From: a bacterium
GTDB taxonomy: Bacteria > SAR324 > XYD2-FULL-50-16
Direction of reading: 5' to 3'
NCBI GenBank assembly: GCA_032250835.1
Contig: JAVVEA010000001.1
Coordinates: 32,001-96,000, forward strand
Length of the DNA: 64,000 bases
A model generated the notes under the pieces. It was not told the DNA's origin and searched no databases. It saw nothing but the letters and a program-made list of their open reading frames with translations. This document shows, piece by piece, positions 48,610 to 59,386 of this stretch; position 1 is the stretch's first letter; every line of letters starts with the position of its first letter. A program made the position numbers and the translations under genes.

Positions 48610-49917
48610 TTGAGACAAATCAAGATCGGCCTTTTTGGCCTGGGTACCGTTGGGCAGAGCGTTGTTGAACAAATAACCACCAACCAAACCCTGATTCAAG
48701 CGCGTACCGGCTGCGAACTTAAGGTGGTCAAGGCGGTGGTCAATAATCCGGCCAAACCCCGTCAAGTCGATTTGAGCGGCGTTGAAATCTCCGGTGATCC
48801 GGCCTTTATCTTAGAGGACCCGACCATTGATCTGGTCATTGAGCTGATGGGCGGCTGCGATTTAGCTAAAGAGGTGTTACTCAAAAGCTTTGCGGCAGGA
48901 AAACCCGTGGTTACCGCTAATAAGGCGTTACTAGCCGAGCATGGTGCCGAGGTCTTTGGGGCCGCTTACCAAGCCCAAGCCTCCTTGGGCTTTGAAGCCG
49001 CCGTAGCAGGCGGGATTCCGGTGATCCGTGTCTTAAAGGAAGGTTTGGCCGGTGATCAGGTGACCGAGGTTTCGGGCATCATCAACGGAACGGCTAATTA
49101 TATCTTAACCTCCATGACCAACAAGGGTGAGTCCTTCATGGCGGCGTTACGAAAAGCTCAAGACAAAGGCTACGCAGAAGCGGACCCGACCTTTGATGTA
49201 GAAGGGATCGATACGGCGCACAAGCTATTGATTCTAATGAATCTATCTTTCGGGGGTTTGTTCGATTTTAAGCAGCTTTATACCGAAGGCATCACCGGAA
49301 TTGAGCCCGTTGATATTGAAATTGCAGCCGAGTTTGGGTATGTGATCAAACTTTTAGGTAAAGCCATCGACCGCGGCGGTCGCTACGAAGGTCGGGTCCA
49401 TCCGACCCTAGTCCCTGAAGGCGACATGTTGGCCAACGTAGAGGGCCCCTTCAATGCGGTGTCTTTGCAAGGTAACTTTTCGGGTCCGGTAGTCGCCTAT
49501 GGCCGCGGTGCCGGCGGACACCCTACCGCTTCGGCGGTGCTGGCCGACGTTGTGGCTATTGTGCGTCAATTAGGCGTTGATGGTGTGCCGGTTCCGCCGC
49601 TGTCGATGTTGCCCGCTCAGTTAGAACAAAAAGAGATCATGCCCATCGGAGAGGTGGAAAGTGAATATTATCTACGCTTTAGCGTAGAGGACCGGGTGGG
49701 TGTTATGTCGGAGATCACTCGGGTTCTCGGTGAACACGATATATCCATTGCTTCGATGATCCAAAAAACGCGCGCCGAAGAAGACGGCGAAGCGGTCCCG
49801 GTGGTGATTTTCACCCATTTGGCCTTAGAAATGGACGTGGTCAACGCCCTGTTGAAAATTGATCAAATGCCCTTTATCGCTCAAAAGACCCGTCTGATTC
49901 GTGTGGATCAAGACTAG
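48610..49917 (+). CDS. hom: Homoserine dehydrogenase (with C-terminal ACT)
   Basis: GLGTVG, VVTANK, FEAAVAGGIP, INGTANYIL, GYAEADP. Confidence 0.96.
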   Translation: MRQIKIGLFGLGTVGQSVVEQITTNQTLIQARTGCELKVVKAVVNNPAKPRQVDLSGVEISGDPAFILEDPTIDLVIELMGGCDLAKEVLLKSFAAGKPVVTANKALLAEHGAEVFGAAYQAQASLGFEAAVAGGIPVIRVLKEGLAGDQVTEVSGIINGTANYILTSMTNKGESFMAALRKAQDKGYAEADPTFDVEGIDTAHKLLILMNLSFGGLFDFKQLYTEGITGIEPVDIEIAAEFGYVIKLLGKAIDRGGRYEGRVHPTLVPEGDMLANVEGPFNAVSLQGNFSGPVVAYGRGAGGHPTASAVLADVVAIVRQLGVDGVPVPPLSMLPAQLEQKEIMPIGEVESEYYLRFSVEDRVGVMSEITRVLGEHDISIASMIQKTRAEEDGEAVPVVIFTHLALEMDVVNALLKIDQMPFIAQKTRLIRVDQD

Positions 49918-49944
49918 CGGCTTGAACCGCCCCGAGGAGTACCC

Positions 49945-51894
49945 ATGCCCATGAAAATCTTGGTCGTTGATGATAGCGCCATGATGCGCAAAATCATCCG
50001 CACCGAATTGCAAGGAGGCGGCTTTGAAACCTTCGAAGCCGCCGATGGTATTGAGGCGTTAGAGCAGGTGGCCCGCAACCAGCCGGACTTGATCACCCTC
50101 GACGTGGACATGCCCCGGCTCAACGGCTACGACACCTGTTTTAGGTTACGTTCGACAGAGTTAGAATCGGCGGTCCGCAAAATACCGGTGATCTTCGTGA
50201 CCGCGAACGACACCATCGAAGGGCGAAACAAGGGCTTTGAGGTAGGGGCCTCGGAGTTCATCACTAAGCCCTTTTTGCGTGGTGAAATCCTTAGTGCCGT
50301 TGAACGGACTCTAAAGCCAGAAAAGGCGATGCAGGGGCTTAAAGCGGTAATCGCCGAGGACAACAAGATTGCGCGCCAGCTGTTAGAATCGCTGCTCGAA
50401 GCCGAAGGCATCGAAACCATTGTCACTAAAAACGGCGTCGAAGCCTTAGAGGCGATCCGGGGCGCTGAACAGGACATCGACCTAGTGGTGACTGATTTCA
50501 TGATGCCTGAGATGAACGGCGACGAACTCTGCAAAAAGATTCGTTTTGAATTAGGCCTTAAAAGCCTTCCGGTGATCTTTTTGTCCGGTATGGCCGAACG
50601 CGACTCGATTTTGCAGATGTTTAAGGCCGGCGCTAGTGATTATGTAATCAAGCCCTTTGCCAAAGAAGAATTGCTGGCGAGGATTCGGGTGCATATGGAA
50701 GCGCGTCGCTTGACCCGCAAGCTGGAATATCAGGTGATGGAGCTTAAAAAGCTCAATAAACTCAAAGATGAATTCCTTTCGGTGACCAGCCACGACCTGC
50801 GTGCGCCGCTCAACGGGATCATGGGGTTTACTGAGCTATTGATGTTAGAAGAAGGCTTAAACAGCCAACAAAAGGAATACCTGGGGCATGTAAGGCAATC
50901 GGGTGAATTTTTGTTGGATTTGATCGGCGATATTTTGTATCTGGGCCGGATGGGCTCTGAATCTGCCGAAGTGGAGCAAAAGCCGGTCAGCCTCAAGCAG
51001 GTGATCGAAGCCAGTACCCAGACCCTGCGCCATATGGCGACCCCCAAGAAGCAGCAATTGGTGATTGAAAACCGTTGTCATACCGATCCGGTGATCATGG
51101 GTGACCATGGTTCCTTGATGCGGGTTTTTAATAACCTGCTTTCTAACGCGATCAAGTTCACCCCTAAGGAAGGGGATATCCGCCAAATCATTGAAGAAAC
51201 GCCCCAGCAAATCAGTATTTCGGTGATTGACTCGGGCATCGGTATTCCCGCAGACAAACTCCCCTTTTTGTTTGATAAGTTCAGCAAAACCAGCCGTTCG
51301 GGCACCTCTGGAGAGGCGGGCACCGGCTTGGGGTTAGCTATCACCAAAGAGTTGGTCGCCCGGCACCATGGCAAGATTGAGGTTTCTTCCACTGTGGGTG
51401 AAGGCACCCGCTTCACGCTAACCTTCCCGAAAATTGGGGCTGAAGTGGCGGCGAAAAAGCCCGCCACCGGGCCGGATTTGACTGCGCCCTTTAAGCCGGT
51501 GGAACCGCTACATTGCCTGCTGATTGACGACAACCAACTGAATTTAAAGCTGGGTGCTACGGTTTTAAAAAAGCAGGGATACAGCGTAGACACGGCGACG
51601 GACGGTCAAGAAGCGGTGATGAAATATATCGAATACCGCATGCAAAAAAGGCCACTTCATTTGCTCTTCATGGATGTACGGATGCCTGGGATGGACGGAC
51701 TGGAGGCGACCCGCAGAATTCGTGAATTCGAAGGACACAAAAAATTGAACCGCATCCCCATTTGGGCCATGACCGCCGGGACCAGCGAAAACGAAAAGCA
51801 AGCCTGCAGCCAAGCGGGTATGGATGGTTTTTTAACCAAGCCCATCAACCTGACGCAGTTGCAGGAAATGCTGGCCAAAACTCAGGACCAATAA
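49945..51894 (+). CDS. Soluble REC-REC-HisKA-HATPase-REC hybrid kinase
   Basis: Two N-terminal receivers (LDVDMP, TDFMMP), SHDLRAPL, NAIKF, GTGLGLAI, C-terminal MDVRMP. Confidence 0.92.
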   Translation: MPMKILVVDDSAMMRKIIRTELQGGGFETFEAADGIEALEQVARNQPDLITLDVDMPRLNGYDTCFRLRSTELESAVRKIPVIFVTANDTIEGRNKGFEVGASEFITKPFLRGEILSAVERTLKPEKAMQGLKAVIAEDNKIARQLLESLLEAEGIETIVTKNGVEALEAIRGAEQDIDLVVTDFMMPEMNGDELCKKIRFELGLKSLPVIFLSGMAERDSILQMFKAGASDYVIKPFAKEELLARIRVHMEARRLTRKLEYQVMELKKLNKLKDEFLSVTSHDLRAPLNGIMGFTELLMLEEGLNSQQKEYLGHVRQSGEFLLDLIGDILYLGRMGSESAEVEQKPVSLKQVIEASTQTLRHMATPKKQQLVIENRCHTDPVIMGDHGSLMRVFNNLLSNAIKFTPKEGDIRQIIEETPQQISISVIDSGIGIPADKLPFLFDKFSKTSRSGTSGEAGTGLGLAITKELVARHHGKIEVSSTVGEGTRFTLTFPKIGAEVAAKKPATGPDLTAPFKPVEPLHCLLIDDNQLNLKLGATVLKKQGYSVDTATDGQEAVMKYIEYRMQKRPLHLLFMDVRMPGMDGLEATRRIREFEGHKKLNRIPIWAMTAGTSENEKQACSQAGMDGFLTKPINLTQLQEMLAKTQDQ

Positions 51895-51951
51895 GGGCTT
51901 GCCTCTTTATTTTGGTTGGACTAGTCTGAGTAAATTTCCCTTCAACTAAGT

Positions 51952-52629
51952 GTGATGTCCAAAGAAGAAACCAAACCTGTGGCCCAGCCGGTACCCGAAG
52001 CCGAAGCGGCCCCTGTAGACGACGTTTTCTTTCATCTGGCCGACTATCTGTACCGCCACCGTAAGCTGTTCATTGGTCTGTTGGCGTTGGTCTTTGCCTT
52101 GATCCTGGTTGGGTTAGGCGTGCAAGAATACCTAAAGGCCCAGGACCAGGACCGCGACTTGCGGCTCTATCAAATTGAACAGCAGATGAGTCAGGTGGAC
52201 CAAATGGACCAGGCCGCCGAAGCGCTAGCCGCTTTTGCTGCCAGCGAACAGGGTACCCCCCAGGCGCGCATCGCCCGGCTGCATCGAGCCAACTTGCTCT
52301 CGGCCAAAAAGGATTACCTAGGCGCTCAATTTGAATTGGACCAACTGCTCAACCAAACAGACCCAAAAAGCGGGTTTTATGCGGTGGTGCAGGTTTATTT
52401 GGCCAATGTGTTGCGTGACCAAAACAAATTGGATGAAGCCCTGGCCGCCCTAGGCCGCGGCAACGCCCAGGTTTTACAAGACGCGCTTTCGGTAGAAAAG
52501 GCCGAAACGCTGATGCTGTTAAAAAAACCCGATGAGGCCCGGGCTTTGCTCGAACGGCTTCTTTCGGAGTATCCCGACTCGCTGTACCGTCAGCGGGCCC
52601 AACAACTGCTCAACGTCCTAAAATCATGA
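51952..52629 (+). CDS. YfgM-like membrane-anchored TPR protein
   Basis: Single TM, TPR-like helices, EYPDS C-terminal motif; adjacent to ispG. Confidence 0.7.
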   Translation: MMSKEETKPVAQPVPEAEAAPVDDVFFHLADYLYRHRKLFIGLLALVFALILVGLGVQEYLKAQDQDRDLRLYQIEQQMSQVDQMDQAAEALAAFAASEQGTPQARIARLHRANLLSAKKDYLGAQFELDQLLNQTDPKSGFYAVVQVYLANVLRDQNKLDEALAALGRGNAQVLQDALSVEKAETLMLLKKPDEARALLERLLSEYPDSLYRQRAQQLLNVLKS

Positions 52630-52895
52630 AGCTGAAGCATAACTATTTGGACCTGGTTGAAGAATACAGCGCTCCGCGCGAAATCAGCCAGTTTGAAAAG
52701 GTAATGGTCTTGACCACCCGCGCCAAGGACATCTACTCAGGTAAGACCTGTCAAGTTGAGGGGTTGGGCGGGCGTAAGCCGACCACCCAGGCTCAATACG
52801 AGATGCTGAACGCCTTGCTCGATCCGGTAATCACCGAGCGCCAGCCCGGCGAAAATCAAGATTACCTCGATTATGACGAAGAGGACGACAACTAG
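52626..52895 (+). CDS. rpoZ: Divergent RNA polymerase omega subunit
   Basis: SQFEKVMV..TRAKDI..G ... KPTTQA..E plus acidic tail, matching omega conserved regions. Confidence 0.6.
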   Translation: MKLKHNYLDLVEEYSAPREISQFEKVMVLTTRAKDIYSGKTCQVEGLGGRKPTTQAQYEMLNALLDPVITERQPGENQDYLDYDEEDDN

Positions 52896-52898
52896 TCG

Positions 52899-54602
52899 AT
52901 GATCGACTTCCCTTTGGAACCAGGAAGACGGCGCACCCGCATCGTTCCGATTGGTGACTTGTCGATCGGCGGAGAGCTTCCGCCGCTGCTCCAGTCGATG
53001 ATCACTGCTCCGGCGGCCCGGCCCGAACGCGCCTTAGCGGAGATTCGGGCGCTGGACCAGGCCGGATGCCGGTTGATCCGCCTCAGCCTCCCGACCCGCA
53101 AAGAATTAGACGCTATCCCCAAGTTGCGCCAGATGATGGCCGCAGAAGGCATTAAACGGCCTTTGGTGGCTGATGTGCATTTCTCCCCCCAGTTGGCTAT
53201 CGATGCCTGCGAATGTTTTGAAAAGGTCCGGATCAACCCCGGCAACTTTTCAGATAGCCCCAAAAACAGCCGCCCCGCCCCAGATGACCCCCATTGGTTT
53301 GAAGCCGGACATTTGGAATTGCAGGCCGCTTTAGAGCCCCTGGCTCAGGCCGCTTTGCAGTACCACAGAGCCATTCGTGTAGGGGTGAATCAAGGTTCTT
53401 TGTCTGAACGCTTGATGGGGCGCTACGGAGACAGCCCCGAAGGCATGGTCCGTTCGGCCTTAGAAACTTGTGACCTGCTGGAATCCTTCGGTTTGCGGGA
53501 CCTCGTGGTTTCGTTGAAGTCCTCAAATCCTTTGACGGTCCAAAAGGCGTACCGGCTCTTGGTGGCTATGCGGGCTCCTAAAGAATTGTTGCCCTTGCAC
53601 TTAGGCGTGACCGAAGCGGGCGACGGGTTGATGGGCCGGATCAAAAGCTTAGCGGGAATCGGCCCCCTGCTTTTTGACGGATTAGGCGACACCGTAAGGG
53701 TGAGCTTGACCGAACCGAGCGAACAAGAAATTCATTTTGGGCGCGACCTGCTCGCTTCGCTAAAGCCCTCTGAAGTGGTGGAGCAAGCACTACAATCTTG
53801 GTCTAGAGACCTGATGAGCACCCGGGTAGGCAATGGGCGAGCTTGGGTCGGGGATTTGTCCTTCGGTGCACATGAGCCCTTGGCGCTGGTAGCTTTTGAG
53901 GGTGACCAGCTGGCCCCAGTGGAACCCTCCTGGGAGCCTGACTTCCGGTTGCTAGAAAAGGATCAGGGGTGGTTTGGGCCTGCCGGCGAGCCGGTCCTGA
54001 GAGTGAGCAGCCGAAGCGAGCTTGATAAAGCGCGTCTAGAGCAAAATTGGCTGTTACTGCAAGCTAGCGAGCCCGTCCGGCTGCTGCGGCGTTTTTACGC
54101 AGAACAAGGGCCTTTAAAGCAACCCTTAGGCTATCTAGTGCAGCCTGAGGACTTTAAAGGCTTGGCTCCGATGACCGAACTGGCCTGTTTGCTGGGCGAA
54201 GGGTTGGTTGATTTTGTGGTGGTTGGCCAGGGGCTTGAAGCCAGTCGCTTAGAAGCCCTCACCTATCTACTGCAGGCGACCCGCAGCCGCATCTTCATGA
54301 CCGACTACATCGCTTGTCCTTCCTGTTCTCGTACGCTCTTTGATCTCGAAGCGACGACCGCCAAGATCCGCGCGCGGACCAAGCACCTAAAGGGTCTCAA
54401 ACTGGGCGTAATGGGTTGTATTGTGAACGGTCCCGGCGAGATGGCCGATGCGGATTTTGGCTACGTTGGGAGCGGTCCAGGCAAAGTGGACCTTTATCGG
54501 GGGCAAGAAAGGGTACGCCGCAATATCGACGAATCCGAAGCGGTAGATGCGCTGATCGAACTGATCAAGGCTTCGGGCCGTTGGCAGGAGCCAACCTCTT
54601 AG
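52899..54602 (+). CDS. ispG: HMBPP synthase, long three-domain form
   Basis: QSM, PLVADVHF, RINPGN, LHLGVTEAG, GDTVRVSLT, CPSC, GCIVNGPGE. Confidence 0.93.
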   Translation: MIDFPLEPGRRRTRIVPIGDLSIGGELPPLLQSMITAPAARPERALAEIRALDQAGCRLIRLSLPTRKELDAIPKLRQMMAAEGIKRPLVADVHFSPQLAIDACECFEKVRINPGNFSDSPKNSRPAPDDPHWFEAGHLELQAALEPLAQAALQYHRAIRVGVNQGSLSERLMGRYGDSPEGMVRSALETCDLLESFGLRDLVVSLKSSNPLTVQKAYRLLVAMRAPKELLPLHLGVTEAGDGLMGRIKSLAGIGPLLFDGLGDTVRVSLTEPSEQEIHFGRDLLASLKPSEVVEQALQSWSRDLMSTRVGNGRAWVGDLSFGAHEPLALVAFEGDQLAPVEPSWEPDFRLLEKDQGWFGPAGEPVLRVSSRSELDKARLEQNWLLLQASEPVRLLRRFYAEQGPLKQPLGYLVQPEDFKGLAPMTELACLLGEGLVDFVVVGQGLEASRLEALTYLLQATRSRIFMTDYIACPSCSRTLFDLEATTAKIRARTKHLKGLKLGVMGCIVNGPGEMADADFGYVGSGPGKVDLYRGQERVRRNIDESEAVDALIELIKASGRWQEPTS

Positions 54603-56167
54603 CGAGCCCCACCTCGTTGGTATTTAGAGATATTCAACTCCACCCGTTCCATCACCTCATTGAGCTCATCTTTGCTCATCAACAAGTTGGTCCGGTCGGG
54701 CATGACCGCGAAGATATACTTGAAGTATTCAGGCATCAGGTGAAGCAGTAGGGAGTTATCTGGGTGGCGGATTTGGCGGTTGATGAAGCTGGTCATCTGG
54801 TCAGCGCTCACCTTACGGAAGATCGGCGTAAAAACGCCCACCTCTTCTTCTAAAACGGCGGTTACGTCTTTAGGGTAAAAGGCGATAAAGAAGAACTTAG
54901 AGCAGAAGATTTTAGAATAGGCGATCATCTGTACCATCGCCAACAAGCTTTCCATCAATGAAAGTGGGGCCAACTGTAAATAAGAGGCCCCCACCCCGCC
55001 AATGCCCATCAAAAAGCCCAGCACCTGTAGGGTGATCCGTACCTTTTCTACCGCTAAATATTTAAAGTTATATCGTTTTTCAACCCAGTACAAATAGAGC
55101 CCGTGGTTGAAAGGCTTGGCTGCCATGATCACTTCTTCGGCGCTGGCTTCGCGCTCGCGTAGCTCCTTTTCGAGCTGTTTCTTCTTCTCTAGCGCTTGGC
55201 GGTTCATGATGTCTTGGATCACGTATCGACGGGTGCTGCGCATCCGGTCGGCCAAGACGATAATGAACTCGTTAGGGTTTTTCTGGTTTAAGTTGTCTGA
55301 GCGGAAGTCGCCGCGTTGGGAGACATAGTCGATGATGTCGTCGTAAAGCTTCTTGTTGTTGAAGTTACGGGTGTCTTTTTTCCGGTTGGGCTTTCCTTTG
55401 CGCCGTTTGTCTTCTTCTTCCTTGCGGTTGAAGTCACGGGCCATCTCTAGGCGGATGATCAGCGTATAGATGTCGGTGACCATGTCATAGAGGTCCGAAG
55501 AGATACGCATCATCTGGATGAAGACCTCACCTAAACTGGTCGCAAAGGCCGAGAAGTACTTGCCGGTGTCCTCGTGTTCAATCGAAGGGCGGGTGTTTAG
55601 GATGTGGCCATCGGCCATAGACTTGATTAAGCTTTCGAGCATCCCCCGGTATTCGGGATGTTCGTCTTCGTGCCAGATCAAGCTGGCCCAAGTGGTCGCG
55701 CCGTATTTTTGGGTGTCCTCGTTGGCCAACAAAAGACTGATGACGTCCAAAAAATGGGCGTGCATATCCGGGTCTTTGAGGTTGCGGTAGAGTAAGTCAC
55801 CGATGCGCGCTGTGGCCAGTGACTCGTCCATCTCCCGCTCGCTGATGGACGTAATCCGGGTAGCCACCCTGAGGGCAAAGTCGCGCGGGACCGCCCTGGG
55901 CTCGATTTCGACCATCTCCATGTTGATCTGGTCGTCGATTTGAGCTTTTTTATTGTCTCGTTTTGTGGCCGAAGAATCGGGCTTTTCTTGCGGCCCTTTG
56001 GGTTCCTTTCGACCGCCCTTACCAGCTGACCCGTTCTTTGGACTGGGCTTTTGAGCTTGCGGAGCCGCAGTCTCGGGCGGTACCGGAGGCTCTTGTACCG
56101 GCGTTTCAGGCGGGGGCGTGCCTAAAGACTCGGGACTGGGGCTTGACTGGTTGGTCGGTTGTTCCAT
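54599..56167 (-). CDS. Hypothetical membrane protein (Pro-rich N-terminus, helical/coiled-coil core, two C-proximal TM)
   Basis: Long ORF; likely start MEQPTNQ at 56167; no family recognised. Confidence 0.75.
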   Translation of the reverse strand: MEQPTNQSSPSPESLGTPPPETPVQEPPVPPETAAPQAQKPSPKNGSAGKGGRKEPKGPQEKPDSSATKRDNKKAQIDDQINMEMVEIEPRAVPRDFALRVATRITSISEREMDESLATARIGDLLYRNLKDPDMHAHFLDVISLLLANEDTQKYGATTWASLIWHEDEHPEYRGMLESLIKSMADGHILNTRPSIEHEDTGKYFSAFATSLGEVFIQMMRISSDLYDMVTDIYTLIIRLEMARDFNRKEEEDKRRKGKPNRKKDTRNFNNKKLYDDIIDYVSQRGDFRSDNLNQKNPNEFIIVLADRMRSTRRYVIQDIMNRQALEKKKQLEKELREREASAEEVIMAAKPFNHGLYLYWVEKRYNFKYLAVEKVRITLQVLGFLMGIGGVGASYLQLAPLSLMESLLAMVQMIAYSKIFCSKFFFIAFYPKDVTAVLEEEVGVFTPIFRKVSADQMTSFINRQIRHPDNSLLLHLMPEYFKYIFAVMPDRTNLLMSKDELNEVMERVELNISKYQRGGAR

Positions 56168-56477
56168 CGACGATTGCTGCCTAAAGTGTTGCACTGGAAG
56201 GGTTCCTTGGAGGTCCAGCCGCCAAGGCCGAGCCGAATAAACCGATCCACTCAAGGTTGATTATGCAGGTTTGATGCAGCTTTTACCGCTAAGGTTAAGT
56301 TTTTTTTAAAAAAACCTGGGCCGTCTTCAAAGAGAACTTCCAGCAGGGGGTCAAAATGGACCGGCCTATGGATGCCAGTTTACGACAATTTGTCGGTTAA
56401 GCAAAGTAAAGCGGGGGGGATCTAGTTAATTTGGGCTACCCAGGATGAACCCATTTTGTTAGACTTTTTTAAATTGA

Positions 56478-57509
<1,032 letters not shown>

Positions 57510-57521
57510 CCACGGAGCGCC

Positions 57522-58115
57522 TTGAAACCAAGCAATTCACGCCTTAGAAACCAGTCAAGACACGACCACGCCTACATTTCGTTGAAGGTCGAGGTCGATG
57601 GTGAGTGGCACTGGATCAAGGCGCTGCATTGGAACGAGATCGGCTTTAATTTCTTTTTCGATACCGCCCTCCCAATCGGTCAGGAGCTTCCGTTTAAGAA
57701 AGGCCTGACCCATTTTAAGGGCCGGATCGTTTGGCAGCGCCAAGAGGTAGATGGGGCTCGGCTGATCGACATGGCCTTAAACCTGATCCTCTTGGAACAC
57801 GTGATCGACCAGGAACACCAAAAGGATTTGGTGTTGATGTACGAGGTGATGGACATGGTGCGCGATGGCGAACACCCGGAATATAAACTTCAGTTTGCCG
57901 CCGAACACCTGAACCTGATCATCTCCGAAGATGACCTTCGCGGCAAAATCAACCAAAACCAGTGGAGTGAGCTGGGGCAGGTTGGCGTTGAGGTCGATTC
58001 GGACGGATGGGCGGACGTGGTTGAAGAGGCACTCAAGCAGTCTGAAGGGATTTTGGCTTTGGACGAAAAGGCCCGCCAGCGCAATATAGAAAAGTTGTTG
58101 GCCCTGAAGAAATAA
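57522..58115 (+). CDS. Hypothetical protein with degenerate PilZ-like N-terminal barrel
   Basis: RNQSR (RxxxR), HWNEIG, GRIVW, GVE pattern. Confidence 0.55.
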   Translation: MKPSNSRLRNQSRHDHAYISLKVEVDGEWHWIKALHWNEIGFNFFFDTALPIGQELPFKKGLTHFKGRIVWQRQEVDGARLIDMALNLILLEHVIDQEHQKDLVLMYEVMDMVRDGEHPEYKLQFAAEHLNLIISEDDLRGKINQNQWSELGQVGVEVDSDGWADVVEEALKQSEGILALDEKARQRNIEKLLALKK

Positions 58116-58128
58116 GCCTGAACTGGAT

Positions 58129-58173
58129 AAAAAAGCCCCCAGGGAATTTTCCGATTCTCTGGGGGCCTTTTTT
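58129..58173. terminator. Bidirectional terminator
   Basis: AAAAAAGCCCCCAGGGAAT...ATTCTCTGGGGGCCTTTTTT between convergent genes. Confidence 0.85.
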
Positions 58174-58625
58174 TATAAAATGATCTGGTTGGGCGCTTCG
58201 TCTTCTGGGAGCAAATAGTCCTCTAGATCGTCAGGGTCCACTAGGTTGCTGGGCACCATTTTGCCGGCCAGCGTGATCCCCGCCTTTACGGGCCCTTCTC
58301 CACCCATTAGGGGATGCCAATCAGGCAACGGCTGCCCTTCATAAACCAACAGATAAGCGCAGGTCAGGGGCATCAACTCGGCGATGTGTAGGTGCTCGAT
58401 CTTGATGCGGGTGCATTCAGGTTGCCGTTCGAAGCGGTTTTCGTAGTCCGTGCAAAGGCAAGTTTCCTGATCGATCAGCCAGCAGGCCACGTTGGTATAA
58501 CAAACCTCGTCCGGGTCCTCGTAAACCACTTTTTGCAGGCAGCAGAGTCCGCATCCGTCGCAAAGGGACTCCCATTCCTCTGGGCTCATTTGTTTGAGCG
58601 TTTTGGTTTCCCAAAAGGGTTTCAT
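58173..58625 (-). CDS. YcgN/UPF0260 cysteine-cluster protein
   Basis: FWETKTL..MS.EEWESLCDGCGLCC, CTDY, P.TCAY, WHPL. Confidence 0.92.
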   Translation of the reverse strand: MKPFWETKTLKQMSPEEWESLCDGCGLCCLQKVVYEDPDEVCYTNVACWLIDQETCLCTDYENRFERQPECTRIKIEHLHIAELMPLTCAYLLVYEGQPLPDWHPLMGGEGPVKAGITLAGKMVPSNLVDPDDLEDYLLPEDEAPNQIIL

Positions 58626-59386
58626 TTACGGTTCCAATCGTTAAGTGACCAGTCGTATTCTAGCCATTCGATCTTTTCGGCTTCAATCAAGGGCTTTGCC
58701 GCAGGCCAGCGAGGGGAAATGAAGCCAGACAATCCGCCGGGTAGGGACTCAAAGTCTTCGTCGAACCAATCAAAAATTTTCGAAAGCTTCAGTCGGCCCG
58801 CTTCTTGTCGGTTTTTGTTGGGGTCCTTTAAAAAGGCCCTCAAAGATGTTTCCAGTTGCTGTTCAAGCGTCTCCGCCCGGTAGGGTTCCCTGATAAGGTT
58901 TGGGCAGCTCAGCGAGGCGCAGACCAGGGCAAAATGGATGCGCCGTTCAGTGAATTGGGCCCGTAGCTTTTGGTGCTCAATTTCGTCTAGGCTATAATCT
59001 TGCCCGAAGAGCTGGAAAAATTCTAGCCCAAAGGGGCTGCGGTAAAAAGGGCCGATTTCTTTGATCGACTCCACCGGGTAGTGCTCGACCACCAACTGGA
59101 CGCTAAAGAGATTGTATGCATTGATCCAAAAGGCTAGTTGCTGCGACTCATTCCATGAGTCGAACTGGGCGCGGTCAAGCCGCCTAAACTCCTCAGTCGC
59201 CCGGTTCAGGGACGTCCGATCGGCCTTTAGGCTAGCGTAATCCAGATAGGTTTGGTGGCCCTGCTGGTGCCAAGCTTGCTCCAGTACCGCGTTCCAGGAG
59301 CCATATTGCAGGTCAAAAGCTAAAAGCGGAAAGGACCAGCCCAGGGCAAAAAGCAGCGGCAATAAAAGGCGCAAGGAGGCCTTCAT
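58622..59386 (-). CDS. DUF547 exported protein
   Basis: LAFWINAYN, RIHFALVCASLSCP, LSKIFDWF.EDF, YDWSLN; ATG at 59386 overlaps the upstream stop. Confidence 0.9.
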   Translation of the reverse strand: MKASLRLLLPLLFALGWSFPLLAFDLQYGSWNAVLEQAWHQQGHQTYLDYASLKADRTSLNRATEEFRRLDRAQFDSWNESQQLAFWINAYNLFSVQLVVEHYPVESIKEIGPFYRSPFGLEFFQLFGQDYSLDEIEHQKLRAQFTERRIHFALVCASLSCPNLIREPYRAETLEQQLETSLRAFLKDPNKNRQEAGRLKLSKIFDWFDEDFESLPGGLSGFISPRWPAAKPLIEAEKIEWLEYDWSLNDWNRK

